A stretch of DNA of 64,000 nucleotides, from contig DASVXQ010000058.1 of NCBI GenBank assembly GCA_036392615.1, positions 2,123 to 66,122 on the forward strand, written 5' to 3'. The stretch comes from Actinomycetes bacterium. GTDB taxonomy: Bacteria > Actinomycetota > CALGFH01. A program made the position numbers and the translations under genes. This document shows positions 9,411-18,192 of this stretch, one piece after another; position 1 is the stretch's first letter; each line of letters opens with the position of its first letter. Below the pieces are notes generated by a model. That model did no database searches. It saw only the letters and a list, made by a program, of their open reading frames with translations, and was not told the origin of the DNA.

Positions 9411-10208
9411 TCATGCGTCGGCAGGAATCGCCGAGGGCGTGAGCTCGACGAGCGTGCACTCCTTGCGCCAGCGATCGGCGGCCGCGTCACCATCACGGAG
9501 ATTCAGGCGGCGCGGCAAGAGGATCGGGACGAGCTTGTTGAACAGCGGATCCGACGGCGGGATGACCCTTGTGCTGGCCTCGACCGTGGTGAGCAGCGAC
9601 TGCAGGTCCTTGGACCTGGCCGACAGCAGCACCCCGCTGGCCTCGTCGAGCCCGCGGATCCGCTGCTCCGACCCGCCGGTGAGCACGTACACGCGCCCGT
9701 CGAGGACCCCGTACCAGACCGGCACGGCCTTGCCGCCGGTCCCGCCCGGGCCCGGGACCTCGATCCAGATGATCGTGCTCTTCTTCAGCGCCTCGCCGAG
9801 CGCGTCGGACGAGGAGGCGGTCGCGTACGGCGGGTCCTCGTCCAGGATGGCGATCGGCACGCGGCCCACCTCGTCGCCGCCGATGAGGAAGACCAGCTCG
9901 TGGTCGTCCGAGGAATCGACCACCACGCCGTGCAGGTCGTCGCTGAACAGGTCGATCTTGCTCGACCCCCGCAGGGTCAGCGCCTGCTCGTTGCCGCGCC
10001 AGGCGACGTCGCCGTTCGGCGCCAGCAGCGCGATGGACTCCATGTACCAGCCGCCCGCACCCGTGTAGGAACGGCGGACCGTGAACGGGGCGAGCCTGCC
10101 CCTGCCCCCGCGGCCCACGAACACCGCCATCTCGTCCTCGGGCTGCAGGAGGCCCTCGGCGAGCAGCTTGGCGTCGGCGACCAGCACGTCGGTGAGACGG
10201 ACGTCCAT
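9411..10208 (-). CDS. Hypothetical protein (C-terminal part resembles a PPOX/split-barrel-like fold)
   Basis: Start at ATG 10208 (MDVRLTDVLV...) is preceded by GGAAAGGAG. Composition is unbiased. The fold assignment (IIWIEVPGPGG...VWYGVLDGRVYVLTGG) is only an impression. Confidence 0.65.
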   Translation of the reverse strand: MDVRLTDVLVADAKLLAEGLLQPEDEMAVFVGRGGRGRLAPFTVRRSYTGAGGWYMESIALLAPNGDVAWRGNEQALTLRGSSKIDLFSDDLHGVVVDSSDDHELVFLIGGDEVGRVPIAILDEDPPYATASSSDALGEALKKSTIIWIEVPGPGGTGGKAVPVWYGVLDGRVYVLTGGSEQRIRGLDEASGVLLSARSKDLQSLLTTVEASTRVIPPSDPLFNKLVPILLPRRLNLRDGDAAADRWRKECTLVELTPSAIPADA

Positions 10209-10384
10209 CAGGCTCCTTTCCCCTTCAGGGCTTGCGCTCCGGCGCTCGGGCCCTCGATTCCCGCCGCGCACCGGAAGGGACCACGCGGCCTCTGCTCCGG
10301 CGCTCGAGTGCTCCATCCGCCGCGCCCGGAGGGCCCGCGCGGCCACCGCGCCGGTCCCCGAACCGGGCCGGTTCGCGGCTGCTC

Positions 10385-10903
10385 GTGCGGTTGCACGATC
10401 ATAGTGTCATCGACCCGCCAGCGGTCATCGAGGGAGGTCCACAACTGGCCAGACGACCCTCCGGCGACGTCATCTACCGGGTCGCCAAGGAGGAGACGCG
10501 CGACGTGCGCCGCTTCCTGGTCCGCGAGTGGCCCGCGGCCGATCGGGAGATCTTCGGCGACGACTGCGACTGGACCAGCCAGCCGGTGGTAGTCGAGGCG
10601 CGCGTCGGTGAGGAGCTCGTCGGCGCGGTCCTGGGCGAGGTCGTCGCCGGCATGGCGCGCCTCCACGACCTGCTGGTGGTCGCGGACCATCAGGGCGCAG
10701 GCGTCGGCAGCCGCCTGGTGGAGGCGTTCTGCGACCGCGCCGCCGCCCTCGGCGCGGCCCGTTGCTACCTGCGCTGCCCGGCCACCGAGCGCCACCGCCG
10801 CTTCTACGAGCGCCTCGGCTTCTCCCAAGTCGCCCGGCTGCCCCGCTACTACCACGATCACGACTTCCTCGAATACCTTCGCGAGCCCCTGGTCCGAGGC
10901 TGA
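10385..10903 (+). CDS. GNAT family N-acetyltransferase
   Basis: LVVADHQGAGVGSRLVEAFCDRAAALGA...FYERLGF is the acetyl-CoA binding motif A (Q/RxxGxG/A). The start is approximate (GTG 10385). Confidence 0.78.
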   Translation: MRLHDHSVIDPPAVIEGGPQLARRPSGDVIYRVAKEETRDVRRFLVREWPAADREIFGDDCDWTSQPVVVEARVGEELVGAVLGEVVAGMARLHDLLVVADHQGAGVGSRLVEAFCDRAAALGAARCYLRCPATERHRRFYERLGFSQVARLPRYYHDHDFLEYLREPLVRG

Positions 10904-11087
10904 TCCACGCAGCCTCGGGAGCTGTTCTAGCACCGGGCTCCGGACCGGGCCACCGGAACGCGCCAAGTTGTGGATAACGAGTGCCGCCCGCTCGAAGCCA
11001 CCGCGAGGCGCGTTGGCCGGACGCCCGGTGGCCGGGACGCTCCGCCGCCCGCCAGCTCAGGGGACCGGCGCTCCGCCACCCGCCAGC

Positions 11088-11738
11088 TCACGGGCCGGCG
11101 CCTCGCCGCACTTCCGCGAGGATCCCGTCGAGGTCGATGCCGTCCTCCGAGTCCACGCGGGCACGGCGGGGCTCGCCCGGCAGCCAGTTGAAACCCCAAC
11201 GCCATTCGGACCCGGGAGGGTGTCGCTGAAAGAGGAGGTCGATCATCGGCTGCAGCTCCGCTTCGTCGATCTCGACGCGGTGGTGGCCGCGCATCGGCCG
11301 ATAGACCGGAGGATCGGCGTCGGGCACGCGAGCTCCGCGCCGCCGCAGCGCATCGAGAATCGCCGCTGGCGAGGCACCGAGATGTCGGAACAGCACCCCC
11401 ACCAAGCTGTGCTCTTCGTAGACCATGGCGAGGAGCCAATGTTCCGGCTCGGGCGGGCGATGACCCCGCGCCAGCGCAAGACCCTGGGCGCGCCCCTCGA
11501 GCTTGTACGCGGCCGGGTTCGGCGACAGGCCACGTTCGGGGGAGTAGTGCTGGACGTTCGGCCCCAGGAGCCCCGTCGGGTCCTGCAAGACGTCGACGAC
11601 CCTGGCATAGGTGACACCCACGTCCGCCAGCGCCTCCGCCGCCACGGACGGTTCCGCCAGCAGGGCGAGCAGGAAGTGCTCCGTCCCGACCCACCCGTGA
11701 TCGAGCCGGCGGGCGATGCTGGATGCGCTGCCGAACAT
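11088..11738 (-). CDS. Clp N-terminal (Clp_R) domain-containing protein
   Basis: 216 aa with two Clp_N-like repeats: GWVGTEHFLLALLAEPS... and EPEHWLLAMVYEEHS.... Confidence 0.75.
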   Translation of the reverse strand: MFGSASSIARRLDHGWVGTEHFLLALLAEPSVAAEALADVGVTYARVVDVLQDPTGLLGPNVQHYSPERGLSPNPAAYKLEGRAQGLALARGHRPPEPEHWLLAMVYEEHSLVGVLFRHLGASPAAILDALRRRGARVPDADPPVYRPMRGHHRVEIDEAELQPMIDLLFQRHPPGSEWRWGFNWLPGEPRRARVDSEDGIDLDGILAEVRRGAGP

Positions 11739-11822
11739 GATCGGAATCGTACTGCTTCAGGCGGCCTGACCGGACCGCTCGGAAAAGGGGTGAGCCAGTT
11801 TCCACAAGCGGTCAGGGCCTAC

Positions 11823-11852
11823 TTGACACTGCTCGAACTGGTGTTCGAGGCT
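11823..11852 (+). promoter_or_regulatory. Putative imuA' promoter: -35 TTGACA, 18 nt spacer, -10 GAGGCT; probably leaderless
   Basis: TTGACA at 11823-11828 and GAGGCT at 11847-11852. The ATG at 11860 lies 8 nt after the -10, and no SD is possible. Confidence 0.45.
11833..11848. promoter_or_regulatory. LexA SOS box (TCGAAC-N4-GTTCGA), perfect palindrome
   Basis: TCGAACTGGTGTTCGA matches the actinobacterial LexA consensus exactly. It lies inside the promoter spacer, 12 bp before the imuA' ATG. Confidence 0.8.
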
Positions 11853-11859
11853 ACGGGAC

Positions 11860-12660
11860 ATGGTTCTCACTGCAGGTGCGTACCCGACCACTGAAAGTGG
11901 TCAACGCGACCAACGACTCGAAGGGCTCGCCCAGCGGGTCCGGCCGGTGACCCTGGCCCGCGAGCAGCTCCTGCCGGTGCCGGGCGCGCTTGAGCCGTTG
12001 TTGCCCGACGGCGGTCTCCGCCGAGGCGGCACGGTGGTGGTCGACGGCTCGCTCGCCCTGGCGTTGGCTCTGGTCGCTGGCGCGTCGGCGGCCGGGTCCT
12101 GGGTCGTCGCCGTCGGCATGCCCGACCTCGGGGTGGTCGCCGCGGCCGAGGCGGGCATCGTCCTGGACCGCCTCGCGCTCGTTCCCGGGGTCAGCGCCGC
12201 GGTGCTGGGGACCGTGGTGGCGGCACTCCTCGACGCGATCGACGTGGTCCTCGTCCGGCCTCCCGCCCGGCTGCCCGCCGCCGTGGCGCGACGCCTCGCC
12301 GCCAGAGCACGGGAGCGCCGGTCCGTGCTGCTCCCGGTCGGCGGCTCCTGGCCCATCGCGCCCGACCTGCGCCTGGCCGTCACCGCGAGCCGGTGGGAAG
12401 GTCTCGGCCAGGGCTCCGGACGCCTCGAGGCCCGCAAGGTCGAGGTCGTCGCCGCCGGTCGGGGCGCCGCCGTGCTGGAGCGCCGGGCCACGCTCTGGCT
12501 CCCCAGCCCCGACGCCGCCGCGGAGGGCGGCAAGCCGCGGCACGACCGGTACGTGCGCGCCGTGGAGGAGGCGACGGACGGCAGGGTCATCCGGCCGTGG
12601 AGAGGAAGGGAGGTGGAGACCATGACCGCATCAAGGGGCCGTCTTCTCCAGCCGGTGTAG
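11860..12660 (+). CDS. imuA: ImuA'-type SOS mutasome accessory protein (RecA/SulA-like fold)
   Basis: 266 aa with ...LLPVPGALEPLLPDGGLRRGGTVVVDGSLALALALVAGASAAGSWVVAVGMPDLGVVAAAEAGIVLDRLALVP..., typical of actinobacterial ImuA'. It sits immediately upstream of imuB and behind an SOS box. Confidence 0.78.
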   Translation: MVLTAGAYPTTESGQRDQRLEGLAQRVRPVTLAREQLLPVPGALEPLLPDGGLRRGGTVVVDGSLALALALVAGASAAGSWVVAVGMPDLGVVAAAEAGIVLDRLALVPGVSAAVLGTVVAALLDAIDVVLVRPPARLPAAVARRLAARARERRSVLLPVGGSWPIAPDLRLAVTASRWEGLGQGSGRLEARKVEVVAAGRGAAVLERRATLWLPSPDAAAEGGKPRHDRYVRAVEEATDGRVIRPWRGREVETMTASRGRLLQPV

Positions 12661-12680
12661 CCGATGGAGGAGCGACGTCG

Positions 12681-14987
12681 ATGGCCCGTGTGCTGGCGAT
12701 CTGGTGCCCTGACTGGCCGGTGGTCGCGGCCGGCGCGCCCGCCACCGAGCCGGTGGCCGTGATGGACGGAGGTCGCGTGCTGGCCTGCTCGGCCGCCGCC
12801 CGCGCCGAGGGAGTTCGTCCCGGCCAACGCCGCCGCCAGGCGCAGGAGCGTTGTCCTGAGGTCAGGTTGATCCCGTACGACCCGGATCGTGACGCGCGCG
12901 CCTTCGAGCCCGTGCTGGTGGCGGTCGAGTCGCTCACCTCTCGCATCGAGGTGCTGCGCCCTGGTGAGTGCGTCTTCCCCGCCCGAGGAGCCGCCAGGTA
13001 CCACGGGGGTGAGGTGGCCCTGGCCACCACCATCCTCACCGCCGTCGACCAGGTCCTCGGCGCCCTGTGCCGCTCCCAGGTCGGCATCGCCAACGGCCGG
13101 TTCCCCGCCACCCTCGCCGCCCGCCATGCCCCGGGCCGTGGTCCGTCCGCGAGCGCCGACGATGCCGTCGGCCCCGGCTGCGGCCTGGCCGATGGGCCCC
13201 GAGGTTCCGGCGCCGCCCTGGCCGATGGGCCCCGAGGCTCCAGCTCCGCCCGTACCGATGGCGCCCTCAACCCGGGCTCGGACCCTGCCGATCGGCAGTT
13301 CGCCGCGCGCCGTTGGATCGTTCCGACGGAGACGACCCTCGACTTCCTGGCGGGCTTCCCCGTCGCGGTGCTGGAGCGTCCCGAGCTCACGGACCTGCTC
13401 ATCCGCCTGGGCCTGTCCACCCTCGGCGACCTGGCGGCCCTGCCACGGGCCGCGATGGCCGCCCGGTTCGGGCCGGAGGGCGTGCGGGCGCACCGGCTGG
13501 CCAGCGGCCTGGACGAGCATCCGCGCGCGAGCCGCCGTCCAGCGCCGGACCTCGGCGTGGCGACGGAGCTCGACTCGCCCGCCATGCGGGTCGACGTCGT
13601 CGCCTTCGCGGCCAAGGCGCTGGCCGACAAGCTCGTCGACCACCTCGAGCGGCTGGGTCTCGCCTGCACGCGCCTGCGGATCGAGGTCGAGACCGAGCAC
13701 GGGGAGACGCTGGCCAGGGTGTGGCGGCACGAGCCGCCCGCGCGTCCCTCGCGGCGAGGGGCCGCCACCGACCCGCGTGCCGCGCGGGTCGCCTCCATCG
13801 CCGAGCGTGTCCGCTGGCAGCTCGACGGCTGGCTGACCGGCTCGGCGGCCACGCGCCCGACGGGCGCGATCACCCGTCTGGCCCTGATCCCCGACGAGGC
13901 GATTGCCGCTCGAGGACGCCAGCTCGGCTTCTGGGGCGAGGAAACCGAGGCCGGCCAGCGAGCCGCTCGCGCGCTGGCTCGCGTCCAGGGGTTGCTCGGG
14001 CCGGAGGCCGTCCGGCGCGTCAGCCTCCGAGGAGGCCGTGCCCCGGCCGACCGGGTGGTCAGCGTTGCCGAGGGCGAGCTCCCTGGCACCGGCGACCCGT
14101 CCGCCAACGGTCGCCCGAACGCCGGCAAGCGTCCAGGAGCCCATGCCCATGGGATCCCGGAGCCCGGCGCGCCCACCGGCGGTTCAGCGACCCGAGGCGT
14201 CTCGAAGGCTCGCGTGCGGGCGGCGGCTCGAAGCGACGCGGCGGCTCGACTGGACGTGCCGCTCCGGGAAGGCGCTGGTCTCCCGGAGGATCCGGGAGCC
14301 CGCCACATGAAACGTCGAGAGACCCTGGGTGGCGATGGTCGATCGGATGACGCTGGGAGCACCGTTGCGCGCAGGACGCTCCCAGCCGGAAACGGTCCCC
14401 GTCGCCGCCGTCCCCGAGGCGATGGGGGAGCCGGACAGCAGGTCGTCCTGTTTCCAGGGGCTCCCGACTCCCCCGGTTCCGCGGACGACCCAGGGAGCTC
14501 GCGCGACGCCGCCAACGCCGTCGGTCCAGCGGGTGGACCGGGCCGTCCCCAAGGCTCCAGCGGACCCATCGAGCCCGATTCGGTCGTTGCGCCAGACGGC
14601 CCTCCCCGGATGGAGCCTGCCGCGGCGCAGCCACCGAGAGTGTCCCGTCGCGATCCCAAGGTTCCCCCCTGGCCCGGCAGGATCCCGGAGCCGTCGCCGG
14701 CGATCGTGCACCACGAGCCGGTGACGGCCGATGTGCGGGACACCGGCGGGGCGGGCGTATCGGTCAACGGTCGAGGGATGCTGAGCGCCGAGCCCAGTTG
14801 GCTCCAGGTCGACGGCGATTGGGCGCGAATCGTGGCATGGGCCGGCCCCTGGCCGGTCGACGAGCGCTGGTGGGACCCGAACGCGCGCCGACGCCTCGCC
14901 CGTCTCCAGGTCACGACCCAGAAGGACCTCGCCTACCTGCTGAAGCTGACCGACGGCCGTTGGTGGGTCGAGGCCACCTACGACTGA
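12681..14987 (+). CDS. imuB: ImuB, catalytically inactive Y-family polymerase-like mutasome subunit
   Basis: Start ATG 12681 (MARVLAIWCPDWPVVAAG...) is preceded by GGAGGAG. The N-terminal half is Y-family-like. QLGFWG (about 13918-13935) resembles the ImuB beta-clamp motif QLxLWG. A conserved C-terminal domain reads ...WAGPWPVDERWWD.... At 768 aa it is long, owing to a Pro/Gly/Arg-rich linker. Confidence 0.85.
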   Translation: MARVLAIWCPDWPVVAAGAPATEPVAVMDGGRVLACSAAARAEGVRPGQRRRQAQERCPEVRLIPYDPDRDARAFEPVLVAVESLTSRIEVLRPGECVFPARGAARYHGGEVALATTILTAVDQVLGALCRSQVGIANGRFPATLAARHAPGRGPSASADDAVGPGCGLADGPRGSGAALADGPRGSSSARTDGALNPGSDPADRQFAARRWIVPTETTLDFLAGFPVAVLERPELTDLLIRLGLSTLGDLAALPRAAMAARFGPEGVRAHRLASGLDEHPRASRRPAPDLGVATELDSPAMRVDVVAFAAKALADKLVDHLERLGLACTRLRIEVETEHGETLARVWRHEPPARPSRRGAATDPRAARVASIAERVRWQLDGWLTGSAATRPTGAITRLALIPDEAIAARGRQLGFWGEETEAGQRAARALARVQGLLGPEAVRRVSLRGGRAPADRVVSVAEGELPGTGDPSANGRPNAGKRPGAHAHGIPEPGAPTGGSATRGVSKARVRAAARSDAAARLDVPLREGAGLPEDPGARHMKRRETLGGDGRSDDAGSTVARRTLPAGNGPRRRRPRGDGGAGQQVVLFPGAPDSPGSADDPGSSRDAANAVGPAGGPGRPQGSSGPIEPDSVVAPDGPPRMEPAAAQPPRVSRRDPKVPPWPGRIPEPSPAIVHHEPVTADVRDTGGAGVSVNGRGMLSAEPSWLQVDGDWARIVAWAGPWPVDERWWDPNARRRLARLQVTTQKDLAYLLKLTDGRWWVEATYD
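13184..13249 (+). repeat. In-frame 33 bp tandem duplication inside imuB
   Basis: CCTGGCCGATGGGCCCCGAGGTTCCGGCGCCGC / CCTGGCCGATGGGCCCCGAGGCTCCAGCTCCGC encodes LADGPRGSGAA / LADGPRGSSSA. Confidence 0.85.
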
Positions 14988-15065
14988 GGTTTCCCGCGTC
15001 CGTCCAGCCGTTTCTCGAGGCGCGGATTCTGTCGCAAGCCTCTGGCTACCCCTGTGGATAGCCGT

Positions 15066-15094
15066 TTGCCTTCGTTTGCCTCCAGATGCATAAT
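15066..15094 (+). promoter_or_regulatory. Putative sigma-70-type promoter of the WXG100 gene
   Basis: -35 TTGCCT (15066-15071), 17 nt spacer, -10 CATAAT (15089-15094). It lies 42 nt upstream of the ATG. Confidence 0.35.
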
Positions 15095-15135
15095 CTCGAC
15101 TGACTCCGATCGACCGACATGCGAGGTGAGGAAAG

Positions 15136-15435
15136 ATGAGTGAGATCGGCATCCGGGTCACGCCGGAGCAGCTCCGACAGGTCGGCGTCCGTCTCAACGG
15201 CGCCGCCGGTGACATCGACGGGGCCCTGCGGCAACTCGCCGCCAACGTCGAACCGCTCGGGACGGATTGGGCCGGCGTCGCGCAGGCCCACTTCCTGGAG
15301 CTCTGGGGCGAATGGCAGCGAAGCGCGACGGCGCTGCACACCGCCTTGACCGGCATCGCCCAGCTCACCACCCAGGCCGCCACACGCTACGAGTCCACCG
15401 AGCACGGCATCGCCACCAGCTTCGCCCACCAGTAG
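15136..15435 (+). CDS. WXG100 family (Esx-like) type VII secretion substrate, orphan
   Basis: 99 aa helical hairpin protein with a central W-x-G (GTDWAGVAQ). RBS GAGGTGAGGAAAG is present. No partner esx gene or Ecc components lie in the window. Confidence 0.82.
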   Translation: MSEIGIRVTPEQLRQVGVRLNGAAGDIDGALRQLAANVEPLGTDWAGVAQAHFLELWGEWQRSATALHTALTGIAQLTTQAATRYESTEHGIATSFAHQ

Positions 15436-15648
15436 CGACGGGTGGCATTGCCGAGCGGCGGTTCCCGTTCCGATCTGATCGAGTGCACCGCGCCGGCCAG
15501 TCTGGTCGAGCGCGCCAAGCCGGCCGCCGCTGAGTCGGGGCTGCCGCGTCGACCACTGGCTGGGACTGCCGTAGAGGTCGTTTCAAGGTCGGGAGGGTGA
15601 CCGCCGGGCAAGAGGGCCCTTGGCGGAGGGTGAGACTCGGGCCGCACA

Positions 15649-16325
15649 ATGACCGGTGTGGACTCCGATGTTGTCGTCGTCACCCACCTCTTCCCGCCCG
15701 AGCGGGCGTCGGTCCTCCAGTTGCTCTCCTCGCTTGATGCCGGGCAGTGGCAGGCACCCACGGTGTGTCCGGGCTGGTCGGTCAAGGATGTCGCGTTGCA
15801 CCTGCTGGGCGGCGACATCGACCTGCTCTCCCGACGACGCGACGGCCACCCCGCGACCGACGCGCCCACCCGACCGGCTGGATTCCAGGAGCTGGTGGCA
15901 TCCCTTACTGGCTGGATGTGGCCCGCCAGTACACCGAGCGGTGGACCCACCAGCAGCAGATCCGCTACGCGGTTGGGGTGCCCGGGTTGAAGGAGCCAGC
16001 CTTCATGGCGCCGGTGCTGGCCACCTTCGTGCATGCGCTGCCACGCGCCTTCACCGGCGTGCCAGCGGCGGTGGGGACGACAGTGGAGGTCGTGCTCGCC
16101 GGGGAGGCAGGTGGTCGCTGGGTGCTGACCCGCAGCCCGCGCGGCTGGGAGCTCGCGGCAGGCACGGCAGCAGCACCGCGCGCACGAGTGGCGCTGGACG
16201 CCGAGACGGCGTGGCGGCTGTGGACCAAAGGAATCAGGCCGGACGCGGCCCAGGCCGCCGTCTCGATCTCGGGTGATCGGGCGCTCGGCCTTCCGGTCCT
16301 GGACGCCGTTGCCATCATCGGCTGA
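15649..16325 (+). pseudogene. DinB-like / mycothiol-dependent maleylpyruvate-isomerase N-terminal-domain family protein, frameshifted
   Basis: N-terminal part in frame 1 (15649-15990) reads ...QWQAPTVCPGWSVKDVALHLLGGDIDLLSRRRDG.... The continuation in another frame (ORF 15747-16325) reads PYWLDVARQYTERWTHQQQIRYAVG.... The junction is near 15895-15905. The spacing between motifs looks shorter than usual, which suggests an internal deletion. Confidence 0.62.
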
Positions 16326-16331
16326 CGGATG

Positions 16332-16582
16332 GGCTTCACAACCTCTGGAGCTTGCGGCGCAAGAGCAGCGCGCAGGCCAGATGCAGGAGGCCAGCAGGAT
16401 GTCAGCGCGGCGCTCGTAATGAACCGTCAGGCGCCGGTCGGCCGGCAGCCAGGCCAGCGACCGCTCCATCTTCCAGCGATGGTGGCCCAGCCGGGTGCTG
16501 GATTCCACCCCGCGCCGCGCTCGCACGCTCACGTTGTCGACCGCCGCCCGCGACTATCCACCACACCTGACGTTGTGAAACC
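16332..16582 (-). mobile_element. IS5-family insertion sequence remnant (internally deleted, about 250 bp) with imperfect terminal inverted repeats
   Basis: The minus strand encodes only the transposase C-terminus ...GHHRWKMERSLAWL..RRLTVHYERRADI. After a frameshift it continues LLHLACALLLRRKLQRL*. A 14 bp IR, GGCTTCACAACCTC (16332-16345), pairs with GACGTTGTGAAACC (16569-16582) at 12/14. Confidence 0.65.
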
Positions 16583-16596
16583 GGCGCTTGGCTCCC

Positions 16597-16881
16597 TTAC
16601 CGGTGGAAGGCTCGGCGGCGGGGGAGGGTGCGGTGCAGGCGACGGGGCCGCGCGGTGGCGCCGGCGGGCGCGGCTGCGGTGGTGGCCGCCAGGGGAGCGT
16701 GCGCGCTCCGGCGGGCCGGGGCGGGGCTGTTCGAGTTCGCGCCGACGGACCAGACGCCGCCGTGGCCGGCGTAGCATTGGAAGCGGACGACGATGCCCTC
16801 GGAGGTGTTCCGGACCGCAACGATGTTGGCTGGACCGAGAAGGAGGACGGAGCCGCACTGCTCGCAGTACACCGAGAACAT
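16597..16881 (-). CDS. Small hypothetical protein, Cys/His-containing N-terminal half
   Basis: MFSVYCEQCGSVLLLGPANIVAVRNTSEGIVVRFQCYAGHGGVW... has a CxxC ... CxxH arrangement. RBS GGAGAAG is present. The C-terminal 40 aa are low complexity, so the true stop and extent are uncertain. Confidence 0.42.
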   Translation of the reverse strand: MFSVYCEQCGSVLLLGPANIVAVRNTSEGIVVRFQCYAGHGGVWSVGANSNSPAPARRSAHAPLAATTAAAPAGATARPRRLHRTLPRRRAFHR

Positions 16882-17008
16882 TGGTCTTCTCCGAGTTCAC
16901 GCCTCGCTCCGCGAGGCTGGGATGGCGGGCCGGGTCGAGTGGCTGGCAGATCGCCCAGACGCTTCTCTCCCAGGGTTCCAGGGCTGGCCTATAAGAACAA
17001 ATCCAGTT

Positions 17009-17026
17009 ATGATCGATTTCGATCAT
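17009..17026. promoter_or_regulatory. Perfect 8-2-8 palindrome overlapping the LysR start codon (candidate autoregulatory operator)
   Basis: ATGATCGA-TT-TCGATCAT lies in an AT-rich patch. It includes a T-N11-A element (T-CGATTTCGATC-A). Confidence 0.4.
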
Positions 17027-17951
17027 GACTGCTAATGATTGGGCCTCGATCGAGCTCCGCCACCTGCTCGCGTTGCGGGCGGTCGCACGCACGGGATCGT
17101 TCAGTCGCGCGGCGGAGGAACTGGGCTACACGCAGTCGGCGATCAGCCAGCAGATCGCCATGCTGGAACGGTTCGTCGGGCTCCCGCTGTTCGAGCGGCG
17201 AGGCGGGCGCCGGCAGGTGATCCTCAGCGAAGCGGGCAAGCTGCTGCTCCGCCACGCCGGCGCGGTGATCGACCGCTTCCAGTCGGCCAAGGCCGACCTC
17301 GCGGCCTTCGCGGAAGGCGCCAAGGGAACGCTGCGCATCGGCGCGTACGAGAGCGTCAGCGCACGGATCCTGCCGGCGATCCTCGGGGTGTTCGCGGCCA
17401 AGTGGCCAAAGGTCGATATCGACCTCAGGGACTCGTCGGATGACGAGCTGCTCCCCCTGCTCGAGGGCGGCGAGCTCGACCTCGCGTTCGTGATGGACAC
17501 CGAGGCGCTGAGCGACGGGTTCAAGACGACGGAGTTGCTGCAGGATCCCTACGTCGTGCTGCTTCCAGCCGGCTCGCCACTGGCGGAGCAGGACACCGTC
17601 CCGCTCGAGGACCTCGCCGAAAGCCGCTTCGTCGCGCAGAGCACGATGACCTGTCAGCTGTATCTCGAGACGTCGCTGCGGCGGGTCGGCTTCGAGCCCG
17701 ACATCGCGCTGCGGTCGAGCGACAACGCCACGGTTCAGGGCCTGGTCGCCGCCGGCCTCGGTGTGGCGATCGTCCCGCTGCTCACGGTGGACGAGAACGA
17801 TCCAAAGGTGGCCGTCCGGCAGTTCGACCCGCCGATCCCGCCGCGGACGATCGTCATCGCCAACCACCCGGACCGCTACCTGTCGCCGGCGGCCGAGGCG
17901 TTCCTCGACACCGCCCGCCAGGTCGGCGCCGAACTGGGCGGCTGGCGCTAG
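17025..17951 (+). CDS. LysR family transcriptional regulator
   Basis: The N-terminal HTH is LRHLLALRAVARTGSFSRAAEELGYTQSAISQQIAMLE. A LysR substrate-binding domain follows. 308 aa. Confidence 0.9.
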   Translation: MTANDWASIELRHLLALRAVARTGSFSRAAEELGYTQSAISQQIAMLERFVGLPLFERRGGRRQVILSEAGKLLLRHAGAVIDRFQSAKADLAAFAEGAKGTLRIGAYESVSARILPAILGVFAAKWPKVDIDLRDSSDDELLPLLEGGELDLAFVMDTEALSDGFKTTELLQDPYVVLLPAGSPLAEQDTVPLEDLAESRFVAQSTMTCQLYLETSLRRVGFEPDIALRSSDNATVQGLVAAGLGVAIVPLLTVDENDPKVAVRQFDPPIPPRTIVIANHPDRYLSPAAEAFLDTARQVGAELGGWR

Positions 17952-18192
17952 CGCCGCCGAGCTGTGGCGCGGGATCGCGGCGCCGGCGCGGATGACAGTG
18001 ATCGATGCCGGATCACGGCCGGAACTTGCGCCGCATGGGTGCGCAATTCGGGTCCACAACGGCACCACGCAGGCCTTCGGCATTCCGTAGTTCTGCGGAC
18101 GAATTTGGCGCGATAGTCGCGAAGTGCGCGGGGAAATCTTCAATTTATGGGCTGGTTGCGTGTTCGGCCTGAGATAGGGACGGAATGCGCTG

